A stretch of 64,000 nt of DNA from Octopus bimaculoides. Its lineage: Eukaryota. A program made the position numbers and the translations under genes. The notes beneath the pieces are model-generated. The model did no database searches, had not been told where the DNA came from, and saw only the letters and a list, made by a program, of their open reading frames with translations. Position 1 is the stretch's first letter; every line of letters begins with the position of its first letter. The stretch covers positions 70,812,189 to 70,876,188 of the forward strand of contig NC_068990.1 in assembly GCF_001194135.2 (NCBI RefSeq). Direction: 5' to 3'. Shown here piece by piece: positions 12,580-24,864 of this stretch.

Positions 12580-13510
12580 CAGTACCATGCAAAAGTCTTT
12601 GGTTACTTTAAACTATTGTAAATTTCTACTAAATGTCAACTTATAAGTGGATGTTTCACATTGCACTTTTAACAGATGAAACATTGGCCTTGTTGGAGTC
12701 ATTTTCATACCTAATCATTATATTTTGTAGTAGGGGTTCTGACAGAGAGGGGAAAATGTGAGACGACCACAAAAAATAGCTGTGCAAAAGTTTCTACTAC
12801 CCTACATAAACGAATCAAGATACAGTGTTTTAAAACAGAAAAATATCTGTAATGAAAATTTATTACACAATGTTCATTTCAAGAAGTTACTGTACATTAT
12901 TAATACTTCATGTGGCTTCCCTTAGCTTGAATAACTGCTTCAATGCACCTGGGAAAAGATGTGTATAAATCCTTCACCATCTTCACAGATATGAGATGCC
13001 ATTGTCTGTGGCCGAGCTTCCACAACTCTTCAAAATTGTGTGGATTCTTCTGACGAACTCTTCTCTTTAGTTCTGTCCACATTTGCTCAATGATATTCAA
13101 GTCAGGGCTCTGAGCTGGCCAATCTTTCAATGCAGTAACACCTTCGTCAGCCAGACTCTGTCGTATTGCATAGGATCTGTGACATAGAGCTCCATCATGC
13201 TGAAAAATCTTATCTTCATCTAAATCTGATATCAAATTGTCCTTCCACAACTGAACATTATGTGATGAATTTTCATTATAAACATTTTTCTGTTTTAAAA
13301 CAATGTATCTTGATTTGTTTATGTGAGATGCACAGCCATTTTAGGTGGTTGTCCTGCATTTTCCCCTACTAATAAATATAATGATTAGGTATGGAAATGA
13401 CTCCAATGTTTCATCTGTAAAAAATGCAATGCAAAACATCCACTTACAAACTGGCATTTAGTAGAAATTTATAATAGTTTAAAGTGTCTGAAGACTCTTG
13501 CACAGTATTG
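12580..13510 (-). mobile_element. Internally deleted Tc1-like transposon with long (~290 bp) TIRs; retained catalytic half has D35E spacing
   Basis: Left end cagtaccatgcaaaagt and right end actcttgcacagtattg|ta. 12580-12875 matches the reverse complement of ~13250-13510. ORF 12900-13250 contains FQHDGALCH...WPAQSPDLNIIE. Confidence 0.9.
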
Positions 13511-14199
13511 TATATAACCTTTTAAAGATTCTATCTGCTTTGGTAATATGCACTTCAATACCACTCCCATATGTCTTATCAAGGAAGAGCTAAACTGTAT
13601 GAGCCTATCGCTAGCTTTCAATAATGTTGTCTTGCACAAAAATACAAGGTAAAACATAAGTATTAGGGCCATTCAAAATAGTCTGCCGCATTAACTATTT
13701 TAAGTTCTGTAAATCATTAGTCAATGGAGATATTTTTATACAAAAAACAGCATATACAAAATATATTATTGCTGTGTAATGAATAAAACTTCATTCTTTT
13801 TTTCTCTCTTTGGTTTTCTTAATCTTGCCAGCAATTTTTGAAAAACAATTAAAGTCTGGAGCAACTCTTTTATTACTATTTTTAATGATTCCCATATCAA
13901 CAATAAGTGGTGTGTTTGGGTGTTTCACCACAATTATTTTTAACATCTTTATTGATTAGAAATTTTAATATATAGATCACAGTTTGTTATTTTATTGATT
14001 GGTTGGTCAGAGAGTATATATGAGGCAGAAGCAGTAATAATAGTATTTCTTTAAAATGTAAATGTTACATGCAAAATTTCTGCAAAGTTAAAATAAAATT
14101 ACATAACTAAAGACTACTATAAAATGAGAACTTAATCATTCCAATAACCCTATTTTTCTTTAAATCATGCATTATCATAGTTGTCATCATCATCATCAT

Positions 14200-14940
14200 C
14201 ATTGTTGTCATCATTATCATTTTACATCCACTTTCAAAGGCACGGATTGGAAGAGTTGTCACAGTTGAATTAGACCCTATTCAGAGCTACTGTTCTCTTA
14301 ATCCTTTTCTCACCATATTTCTTTTGAGATACTTTGTGTGTTTCTTTCAATTAATTCTAAATATAACAAAGAATTTAGTAAAATAACATAATCATCATTA
14401 AGCTAGTGTTAGGTACAGAAATTGTAACTAAGGTTTGGTAGAAGATATTAATTCAGAACTTTTGAAAATAAAACATTTGTATTACAGAGCCAGAGGCAGT
14501 TTCAGGCAGGTTTGTATCAAAAGAGTTAAACATGCTGGAAGACTACATCTTGCTCATATGATTCATTCTTTGGCTTGATTTCTATAGCTGGATGCCCTTC
14601 CTAACACTTTGACCTTATGCTGTCTTTACTCAATCACTAACCATTTTACAGATTATAATGGGACCATTTTATCATGGCACCAATACTAGTAAGTCTGCCT
14701 TCTGCCACATAAGATTAAATAGTCCTTAATAATTTATGCTATGCCCATACTCTAAAGGCAACATGACCAAGAGGCTGAATAGCAGATAGAGTGGTGATAG
14801 CAGAAAATCATAAGTGAAGGTGAATGGATTAAGTGTATGATGGTAGAAACTGTGTGAACAAGGTGGGGAGGGGTAGAGGAAGAGAGGGAGAGGGGAAGAG
14901 AGAGAGATGAGTGATGTATATATAGAGGAGAGAGAGAGAA
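14200..14940 (-). mobile_element. RTE 3'UTR and tail remnant interrupted by a MITE
   Basis: (cat)n tttacatccactttc at ~14200, ctatagctggatgcccttcctaac at ~14582, purine-rich UTR mirror at 14750-14940. Confidence 0.6.
14302..14525. mobile_element. TTAA-type (piggyBac-like) MITE
   Basis: TTAA at 14298-14301 and 14526-14529; ends tccttttctcacca ... ttgtatcaaaagag are imperfect inverted repeats. Confidence 0.65.
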
Positions 14941-14959
14941 CTGTATTTGCCACACACAG

Positions 14960-15365
14960 AGCTCTAATCAGTAAGGTGAGGTCAGCAAGTTTAGAATGAA
15001 TTTGGTTTTCTGATAAGGATTCACTAGGACTCGATCATTAGCCTCCTTATATTCAATATTGTCCTTCAAGCTATGATACATATGTTTAAAACTGGCTGTC
15101 CATGAGAACTCGTATATGTTGAAAACCTAGTTATTATAGTAAATTTAGAGAAGTTCTAGACATAGAAATAAAACCTAGAATTGAGAGGCTTCAAGTAATG
15201 TTAGTAACGACTAGCATATTAATAAGTAGGAGAGAAGAGAAGGAAATAGCCATGCTTGATATGCAAAAATGAAATAGGTAGGGATTCCATAAAGTATTCC
15301 TTGAGTAAACTATGAGTACACAAGAAGTGTAGTGGTATTACAGGCAAGCTAAAATAGACATATGA
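14960..15365 (+). mobile_element. Decayed RTE RT fragment
   Basis: Degenerate GIHQG..LSPLLF, FKTGCPWEL and VHKKCSGITGKLK (PHD part) remnants homologous to 21840-22328. Confidence 0.55.
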
Positions 15366-15626
15366 CTTCAGATGCCAGGAATGAACTAAATAATTTATTG
15401 ATCTTTGGTTTCAACTCTTTAAAATAATTACAAACAAAGGGTATTAGTATTTATGAAGTTGGAGAATGGTTCTCTATGGCAGATTCGTATTTAAGAATTT
15501 ACTCCAAGTACTTATGCAGTTCTTCTATGCAATAAGTTATTAAATGATAAAGACTGAAAATTCGCAATAGAATGAAGAGAATAAAAGAAAATTACTTAAC
15601 AGGCTTTAAAGTCACTTAGAATGGAC

Positions 15627-15659
<33 letters not shown>

Positions 15660-15661
<2 letters not shown>

Positions 15662-15800
15662 TTATTGCCCACAGGGGGCTGAACATAGAGGGGACAAACA
15701 AGGAAAGACAAAGGGTTTAAGTAGATTACATCGACCCCAGTGCATAAATGGTACTTATTTAATTAACCTTGAATGGATGAAAGGCAAAGTCGACGACAAT
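15660..15800 (-). mobile_element. tRNA-SINE 3' fragment next to (TA)n
   Basis: gattacatcgaccccag...ggtacttattt...tgaaaggcaaagtcgac block shared with copies at 40025, 43570 and 45790. Confidence 0.65.
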
Positions 15801-16055
15801 TCTGAGTTAATGCAACAACTACTGATTTTAATAGATATGAACAGGCAAAACTCTTTGAGTTTTAATATGTGATAGCTCCTAAAGTGGGAGAACATTGATG
15901 CATAGTCAGCAATTAATTCCTGTCAAAAAGTAGATCTTGAATTCAGCATTATAACTGAGATTTAGTTATAATTATATGATTGACCCAAATACATAGTTCT
16001 TCAAAGAAATAGACAAGTAAATGATTATCTTAAATGAGTGAGAAGTGAAAATATC

Positions 16056-17320
16056 TGATTGTTGGACAAAATAATGGAAGCACCTTAAAATTTCAAACAA
16101 ATTTATTTTAATATGGGGTAGGACTGCCTTTCGAAGTAATTACAGTTTGAATTCTATGAGGTATGGACTCGTACAAAGTTTGAATTGTTTCCAAAGGAAT
16201 GTTTGTCCATTCTTCAGCTAAAACAGTCTCCAGTTCTTGTAGTGATGATGGTGGAGGATATTGAATCCTTACTTGTTTTTCTAAAATTCACCATAAATGT
16301 TCAATAATATTGAGATCTGTGGACTCTGGTGGCCAGATAAGATGTTCAACTTCACTAGAATGTTCCTCATGCCATTCTGTAACAACTTTAGCAGTGTGCA
16401 TTGGTGCATTATCATCCTGAAAGATTGCGTTTCACTCTGGAAACAGTTCCACAACCATAGGATGAATTTGATCAGATAAAATGCTTAAATAGTCTAGACT
16501 ATTAATTCTGCCATGAAGGAAAACCGTTGGGCCAGCAGATTTCCAAGATATAGCCCCGCCAGATCATCATGGATCCTCCCCCATATTTAACAGTTGGAAG
16601 AAGGCAGTCTGGGTCAAATGCTTATTTTGGCTGTCTCCACATGTATATTTGGCCGGTGGTCGGAAATAGCGTAAAGGATGACTCATCTTAGAAAATAACA
16701 TTCTGCCACTGCTCTAGGAACCAATTCTGTAGGTTTTTACTCCATTCTAAATACTTTGCAACATTTGTTTTTGAAAGTAGTGATTTTCTGATTGCAGCCC
16801 TCCCATGAAATTCGGCTGTGTGCAGCTCCTGGCAAACAGTTTTTGTTGAAACTGGGTTCTCAAGGTGGTCATTAAACTCTGCAGTAATTTTGGGAGCTGT
16901 ACTTTTGTGATCCTTTCTAACAATTCGCGTATGAGTCCGACAGTCCCTATCTGAAAGTTTTGGTTTTCTTCCAGAGTTTTGCTTTGACGAGGAGGTTTTC
17001 CCCTTTTTCTTGAAAGCTGTCATTACTTTCGAGACAGTACTTCTTGATACACCAAACATTTCAGCTGTTTTCATTACACTAGTGCCTGCCATATGAGCAC
17101 CAACAATTTGACCTCTTTGAAAGTCGAACAGATCTGTCATTTTAATGAATTTTAATTACCTTTTTCTGATGATATCTGAAAAGGAACTGCAATTTTAGCA
17201 AAACATTTAAGCAACACTAATAATAAATCAAAAAACAAACAAGCTTTTGATGGTTTTACAGATATTTCAAAATTATGATGCTATGATGCTAGGTGTTTCC
17301 ATTATTTTGTCCAACCCCTG
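16056..17320 (-). mobile_element. Full-length but inactivated Tc1-like transposon with DD36E spacing (Incomer-like)
   Basis: ~29-bp TIRs CAGGGGTTGGACAAAATAATGGAAACACC, TA at 17321. Paired HTH and GRKPK in ORF 16688-17140, then F*DES, FQDDNAPMH, WPPESTDLNIIE. Stops and one frameshift. Confidence 0.92.
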
Positions 17321-17382
17321 TATATATATATATACACACACATTATTTATATTTGACAGATATTTCTCCTCAACTTTGTTGT

Positions 17383-17430
<48 letters not shown>

Positions 17431-17574
17431 CATATATATAAAATACATAACTAGAAGTTCACTCAATATAAATGAGCATATAGTTCAAATCTGAACAAAC
17501 TTTGTTTAAGATGTAATATATGACATATTCTGTTATATTTGAAAGTAGTTTAAAAAACCCTGTACATAGCCTTT

Positions 17575-18710
17575 ACTGTGAAAGCAGTACGGGCCATGTA
17601 CAGGGGTACTATTGGTAAGGTAAGAGTTAGCCATGAGTACAGTGATGAATTTAGTGTACAGGTAAGTGTTCAACCAGGGCCTGGTTCTCAATTCCCTCCT
17701 ATTCATCATTGTTCTTCAGAACATTACAGAGGAATATAAGTCTGGAAGCCCATGGGAACTACTATATGCTGATGATCTAGCCCTCATAGCAGAATCTATA
17801 ACAGAATTAGAAAAGAAATTCTAGGTGTGGAAACAGAACCTGAAATCAAAGGGTCTTAAAGTTAGAGAAGGTTCAGAGAGCTTTTACCTGTTGGCAACCA
17901 AAGATCTTTCTCTCCAAGTGAAAAGAAGATTGTATGATACATGTATATGAACAACTTCAATGTTACATGGTAGTGAAATATGGGCCCTGAAGGCATAGGA
18001 TATGTGAAGATTAGATAGGAATGAAGCTAGTGTGCTCGGATGTGCAATGGCAGTATACATGTGCAACAGAGCAATAGTGTATTGAGATTAGAGAGGAATG
18101 AAGCTGGTATGGTCTGGATGTGCAATGGCAGTGTACATGTGCAACAGAGCACTATGTATTGAGAGAAAAGTTAAGTATAAGAGGAATTATATGCAGCATG
18201 CAAGACAGGAGACTGTGCTGGTTTGGTCATGTGATGTGCATGGATGAGGACAGTTGCATAAAGAAGTGCCAATCACTTAAAGTGAAGGAAAGTTGTGGAA
18301 GAGGGAGACCAAGTAAGATATGGTACAAAGTACTGAAGGCAGATCTGAAAACGCTGAGTCTTAGAAAGGAGATGACAGAGGACCAAGATATGTGGCACAT
18401 TACTCAAGGAGACCCATCCACCACAACATAACTGATATCCTAAAACAAAGGTGCCATGTAAAAAGCACTGGTGTGGGTGATGGTGCCACATAAATAACAC
18501 TGGTGCTGGTATGACATGAACAGCACTGGTGATGGTGTCACATAAAAGCACCCAGTACATTCTGTAAAGTGGTTGGCATTAGGAAAGGCATTCAGCTATA
18601 GAAACCAAGTCAGAGCAGACTCTGGAACTTGGTGTAGCACTGGCCTTACCAGCTCCTGTCAAGCTAGCCAATTCATATTAGCATGGAAAACAACTGTTAA
18701 ATGTTGATGA
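17575..18710 (+). mobile_element. 5'-truncated, internally deleted RTE LINE with tail
   Basis: WELLYADDLALIAES, LHGSEIW, RRLCWFGHVMCMDED, GRGRPSKIW; degenerate 26-bp units at 18450-18560; standard tail. Confidence 0.88.
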
Positions 18711-19550
18711 AAGTGATGGTCCATGGCTGCTGCAAACAACACCAGGCTCCTGACAGGAAGTTATTATGAATTCAAGGTACACTAACATCTTCTATATTTC
18801 CTTAGGAGCCAATAACTAAAGAGGCTGGAAAATCCTTTTTTCCAATGCATCTTGGACCCTACACATTATCATTCATTACTACACAGCCCACATACCCTAT
18901 TGCTCTCTCCAAGACAGAAATTTTTAACCACAGTCTGCCCATGCCATCCAGGTTACTCTGAATTTAAATTCCACTTCATAAGCTAGTGTATTCATCATCA
19001 TCGTTTAACATCTGTCTTCCATGTATGCATGGGTAGAACAGTTGATAGGAGCTGGCAAGGTAGAAGACTACCCTAGGCTACTGTGTCTGTTTTGGCAGGG
19101 TTTTTAAGGCTGGATGCCTTTCCTAACACCAACCACTCTGCAGAGTGGACTCAGTGCTTTTTACGTGGTACTAGCACAGGCAAGGTTAATTTTGGCGCAA
19201 ATTTTACAGCTGGCTGCCCTTCCAAATGCTGACCACTTTACAGTATGGACAGGATGTCTTTTACGTGGCACCAGCACTGGCAGGGTCACCAACCACATAA
19301 CTCACAAGACAAAGCATTATGAGAGGGGCAGGGACATTTGAGGAGGGGAACTTGTGTTAAAGGATGAAAGGTTAGAGAGTGACAAAGAGACACGAGAGAC
19401 AGAAAGAGGTGTTTTGGTATGACAGAGGGGACACTGGAGGAGGTGATCCAGCATCAGATGAAAGGTTAGAGTGTGACAGAGAATAGAGAGGCAAAAACAA
19501 GTGTCTTGCTACAGAGGAAGTACATGGTTACTCAGCAAGAGAGAGGGGGA

Positions 19551-19743
19551 NNNNNNNNNNNNNNNNNNNNNNNNNNNNNNNNNNNNNNNNNNNNNNNNNN
19601 NNNNNNNNNNNNNNNNNNNNNNNNNNNNNNNNNNNNNNNNNNNNNNNNNNNNNNNNNNNNNNNNNNNNNNNNNNNNNNNNNNNNNNNNNNNNNNNNNNNN
19701 NNNNNNNNNNNNNNNNNNNNNNNNNNNNNNNNNNNNNNNNNNN
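19551..19743. other. Assembly gap (N run) inside a purine repeat; another short gap at 9527-9536
   Basis: N characters. Confidence 1.
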
Positions 19744-19805
19744 GCAAGAGGGGAGAGAGAGAGGGAAGAGCAAGAAAAAGAGAGAGGTGGGAAACAGCAA
19801 AAGTA

Positions 19806-21081
19806 TCAGGTCATTGAGCATGAAATGTCTCGTTCTCTTATGCACCAAGTTTGACAGTCGTTAATTCTAATGTTTTATCCTGACAATTCTTTGTTTTACA
19901 ACATTGAAGAGTTACATTATCACTTTTTGAAATGCAATTCATGGTGCCTGATTATATTGTGAGTTTTCTCTTGTAAACCAATTTTTGTGAACCCATGGAT
20001 GGATCAAAAATTTGTGTTGTTTATGAATATGAGTTCCATCATAGAACCAATGCATCCCAGACAGCTTGAAAAATCAATGAGGTGTTTGGTGAAGATGTGG
20101 CAAATGAGCACACTGTATGTCAATGGTTTGAGAAGTTCCGGTCTGGTGACTTTACTCTTGAAAATCAGCTTCATGCTAGACCTGAGACCAAGGTGAGTAA
20201 TGATGAGCTGGAAATGGATACATCTCAAACTACGTGTGAGTTAGCATCAAGGTCTGATGTTTCAATTCCAACTATATTAGACCATCTGAAACAAATAAGC
20301 AAGGTAGAGAAGCTGGACAAGTGGGTACCACATGAACTGGACGAGCATCAAATGACATGTCATCTTGAAACTTGCTGTTATTTGCTGTCATGGCATAAAA
20401 GCGAACCATCCCTGCATCATATTGTTATGTGTAATGAAAAATGGATTCTTTTCAACAATAGCAAGTGTTCTGCACAATGGTTGGATAGAAACAAAGTGCC
20501 AAAACACAATCCAAAAAAGAATATTCACCAAAAAAAGCTAATGGTGTCTGTTTGTTGGTCCAGTGCTGGTGTCCTCCACTACAACTTCATGAGACCTGGT
20601 AAGTCAATTACAACAGACGTATACATCCATCAATTGGATGAAATGATGACTGAACTCGCAATTAAACAATCGAGATTGGTCAATAGAGACAGGCCAATTC
20701 TCTTGTACGACAATGCTCAACCACATGTTGTACAAAAAAATGTTACTTAAGGTACAGGAACTGAACTTGGAAGTACTCCATCATCCACTATATTCACCAG
20801 ACATTTGCACCAACTGACTATCATGTTTTTCAGGCATTAAACCACTTTTTGCAAGGAAAAAAACTTGAAATTTGAAGAAGATGTAAAAACAGCCTTTCGT
20901 GATTTCATCACCGCTTGCTCTCCAGAATTCTTTGCTGCTGGTACAAATAAGCTACCAATAAAATGGCAAAATTGTGTTGATAATTTAGATGCATACTTTG
21001 ATTAACTGCTTTGCTTTTTGTTGTGATAAAATAAAATAAACTTTCAGTTCAAAATCGGACATTTCATTCTTAATGACCTGA
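19806..21081 (+). mobile_element. Full-length inactivated mariner (DD34D type)
   Basis: TIRs tcaggtcatt(g/a)ag(c/a)atgaaatgtc, TA duplication at 19804-05 and 21082-83. Transposase from ATG 19995 with WVPHEL, C(N)EKW, YDNAQPH and YSPD motifs. Stops and frameshifts. Confidence 0.95.
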
Positions 21082-22472
21082 TACAAGAGAAAGCAGGAGA
21101 GAGATGGTGAAGTGCCAGGGTATACTCACAAGTAACAAGGATCAGAGCATAGATTTGATGGTAGAGTAAGGAAGAGGGAGGTACGAAGGTCATAATATAC
21201 ACAGTCTGGTATTGCCAAGGATGTGCAAGTAGTGAGTAGTGATTGCAGTGACTGGTGAAAACCTGGGTATAGGAATGGGGTGGGGGGAAAGCAGCGATAT
21301 AGTGAGCAGGGTAGTGAGGGCATGGAAGGGGATTGGAAGACAATCATAGTTTATGAAAAGGAAATGTGAAGAAGGGAAAGATGCAGTTTAGAAGAGAAGA
21401 TGTAGTCCGGTTTCTTGAGGTAGGGTGTGTGAAAAGTCTGTTGTTACATGTGAGTAAGACACAACGTTTCTAGCACTCAGTTTTGCTGATGTGGGCGGGT
21501 TTTTTCTAGAACCTCATATTGACAAACATCTTGATCCATTGTCATTTCCTCCATGAGCCCTAACATCCTAAAACCTAAGACTTAAGACATCCTCACCACT
21601 TCATCCCATGTCTTCCTGAGTCTCTTTTTTCCACAGGTACCATCTACTTTCAGTGACAGGCACTTCTGTATACAGTTGTCTTTACTCATATGCCCAAACC
21701 AACACATTTTCCTCTCCTACATGCCACATTTAATCCCTTTTGTGCCTAAATTTCCTCTTTCGGCACAGTTGTGCTTTGGCGTGCACACTGAGTCTGGAAA
21801 TAATACTTTCTAGAAACAATATTATTTCTAGAAACAATACTATTCTAGAAACAATACTTTCAGAGTATCCACCACATTACTAATTTGGTCCCCTAAGTAG
21901 CAGAAACTATCTACTACCTCAAGAAAGCCTCCTGGGCATTTGATAGAATCTAAATCTTTTGTGCTCTTAGTGCTTATTGTTCCTGCGCATCTGCCGCACA
22001 TGAAAGTGACCTTATTTGTTAACCAACCTGCAATTCCACTGCATCTCTTATGCATCCATAGCTTACACTTGGTGCAGCAAATGAAATTACTTCCCACTTC
22101 TTTCCTACACATTGAGCAGGGCCATTTTCCTGACAGAAAGAGAGTCCATCCTGCTTTCTTGCTAACAACAATTTTAGTCTTTACTAAGTTAACTTTGAGG
22201 TCCTTTGATTCCAGGTTTTCCTTCCAAATCTGGAACTTCTCCAATTCTCCTTCAGATTCTGCAATAAGAGCAAGATCATCAGCATATAGCAGTTCCCATT
22301 GGTATCCAGTTTTTAATTCCTCTATCATGGCCTGGAGAACAATGATAAATAAGAGTGGACTAAGAACTGATTCCTAGTGAACTCCAGCATGTATAAAGTT
22401 ATCGCTGTATTCAAGGCCAACTCTCACCTTACTGACAGCATGGCTGTACATGGCTTGAACAACTCTAACAAC

Positions 22473-23168
22473 CTGGTGTTCATTGATGAAAAGAAAACTG
22501 ACATTCGACAGTAAACCACCAGAATGACCAACTTTGGAGTGTATCTAGCTCCATTGAGGGTAGACTCATAAATTGACATCAAAATCCACAGTCAGTTATG
22601 GTTTAGGCAGCTGTGACAGACACTGGAAAGTTTCCCCTCGTTTTTGTGCCTCAAGTATTAGAATTAATACCTAACAATACATTAGTGACATTCTGGGAGC
22701 TGAACTGCTTCTATGGGTGAATGAGCCCTTTCAAAGTGCATCATGGAGCCTCCAACAGGACTCGGCATCATCCCACAGCTTCAAACAGATACAACACTGG
22801 ATTCAGAAAAACATTACATTGTTCATAGGCAAGGATGTTATGGCCCTCAAGAAGCCTCAATATCAACCTGTTGGATTTTTCTGTTTCGTTCATTTTGGAG
22901 ACAAGAGTCTTGAGCACTCCTCATGCTTCACTTGACGCTCTGAAGGCAAAACTGCACCAGGAATTGGCTTTGATTCTCCAAGAACAGCTGCATGCCACAT
23001 GTGAAGCATTTGCGCCTAGATTTAAGGCTGTGATTTGAAACAGAGGTGGTCATATTGAAAAAAAATGTGGTAGTGTCATAATTGCAAAGCTCGGGCCCAA
23101 AATATAACAATGTATTCTGCTTTGGCAAAATTTAAAAAAGTTGGTTGCCTTAATTTTGGGACATCCTG
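22473..23168 (+). mobile_element. 3' half of a maT-family (DD37D) transposon
   Basis: LVFIDEKK, QSVMV*AAV, LQQDSASSH, WPSRSLNINLLDF with 37 residues between the D's after correcting one frameshift. Right TIR ...ttaattttgggacatcctg|ta. Confidence 0.85.
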
Positions 23169-24627
23169 TACATATCTTCAGTCAACCAGATTACCTTCTT
23201 AATAAGAGAAGAACATTCAAGGTTTATATCAACTCCAAACTAGAAGGATGTTAGTTCTTTTCAACAGTTAATCAGTTAATCAAACATTTTTGCTCTGATT
23301 TTCCTAAAATTATACTTGTTCTGATTACAGAATCAGTTGTTGATTTTTATGCATCTGTCCTCTTTTAGAAGCAACACTTAATATTCTATTGAAAATGTTT
23401 TTGTTTTTTTGTTTTCTTGAAGTTTTGAATTTTTTTTCTTTTATTGAAACTGCATTTTTAGTTTATCTTCATTTTTAGAATGAAATATCAGAAGCTACCG
23501 CTCATTGTTAAAAGGCCACAGTAATTGAAAATTGGCACGGAAACTAGAGAACAGAAAGCACATGATAATGACTGGTGAACTACAAGTTATTTTATTTTTA
23601 TTCATATAACAAAAATAGATTCTCTCAGAAATATAAATAAATTAAGATATTTAAAAGTGTGCAAGTGAGACTGAGTTAATCTCACAATACCACATGTAAT
23701 AACAGTTGAAAGTTTGAAGTTATTCTTCAAAAATGGCAGGTAACTATTTGATATATCCTATGAAGATGTTTTCTTCTTTTTCTTCTTAGTATCTGTTGCT
23801 ATTTAACTCAACAGCTAATTCCATACATATTTGGTCAAAATATTTTCAATGAATACAAATCAGTAAAAAAAGATTTTTTAATCATTCTTGAGAAATTCTC
23901 TTCACATTATCGCTACCAAAAACTCACACTATGAACCAGTGTTACATTAAGAATACAAATATAATTTTTTTTTAATTTCAACATTTTTCTCTCACCCCAT
24001 TAACACATAACCACTGTCAGATATTATTTATCCAGTTTGCACTCAAAATTAATGTGTATTTCCTGATGATCAAATAACTGTAAATATGACAGTTTTAGAT
24101 GTTTGTATGATTAAAAAAATATTATTTCTTTCATTTTTAAAGTATTTATTTTGTATGTGACAAACATAATTTTTTCCTTTTAAAACAATTGTGAGATTTA
24201 TGACTGCACAATCTTAATGTTATCTAAGTTGTTTTTGAGAAACAAATTCATTAATTATGTTTTCATTAGAATCTTCTCATATATATCACAAAGCTGTTTT
24301 TTATTTGGTCCAGGTCATCCTTGATTGAACAGACGAATGATCAAAACTCTTTTAACCATGATTAACCCATGTTTACTCTGATAGTGTACCTAGAATTACA
24401 TAGCCTCTTTTAAACATAGCAGTGTAGTTTGAGTGATTTGACTGTTGTTTCTAGCAGATCAAGTGACTGCATATAGGCTACCTTGCTGGCCTTTATTACA
24501 TTAAAGCTGATTTTTGAGAAAACAGATTTATATTTTCCAATTTGGCTTCATACCAAATGTAAGAAAGAATGGTTTAAGAAAATAAATCAAACAAAAGAAC
24601 TAATGATATAAAAGAGAGTTAACCTAC

Positions 24628-24864
24628 CTTATGCCAACCTTTTAGGGGCCATTTTCGTTTTTTAAGTAAATATCCCTGATATTTTTCTGGTTTTTCTTCA
24701 CATTTCTCTCCTTCTTTCAATCCATTAATTATCTCCCATTCTTGAATTGCTTTGATTTTTTTAAGGTTTTTTGGACTTGGTTTAGGATGTTGGATAAGGT
24801 TTCCTGAGACTGTATTAACTTCAATATGGGATCCAGACAAGGAGTTACTTTCATCACTGTCATC
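24628..24864 (-). CDS. OSBPL6: Internal coding exon of an oxysterol-binding protein-related protein (ORP3/6/7 family), N-terminal part of the PH domain
   Basis: Translates DDSDESNSLSGSHIEV...QEWEIINGLKEGEKCEEKPEKYQGYLLKKRKWPLKGWHK. This matches the WEIIEGLK...EG(F/Y)(M/L)LKKRKWPLKGWHK signature of OSBPL3/6/7. Acceptor tttatcag| at 24865, donor AAG|gtaggt at 24627. Length 237 nt, phase 0/0. The symbol denotes the family; invertebrates probably have a single OSBPL3/6/7 co-ortholog. Confidence 0.93.

Larger units (their letters stand above)
19000..22472 (-). mobile_element. RTE LINE (RT with PHD insert, ~1 kb 3'UTR, tail) interrupted by a mariner at 19806-21081
   Basis: ORF 21840-22328 has WELLYADDL, LKVNLVKTK, VVDSFCYLGD. 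Post-RT remnant at 21480-21830, purine-rich UTR mirror on both sides of the mariner, tail with (cat)n at ~19000. Confidence 0.85.

Noticed and set aside
13469-13960. Next PH-domain exon of the ORP gene
   Set aside because: No frame matches RFFVL..G.LKY or GSID.GLSV; part of the ORF overlaps the Tc1 TIR.
21805-21860. Triplicated ~18-bp ttctagaaacaata as a regulatory array
   Set aside because: A local slippage duplication at an RTE deletion junction; similar small duplications occur at 28860, 43210 and 50830.
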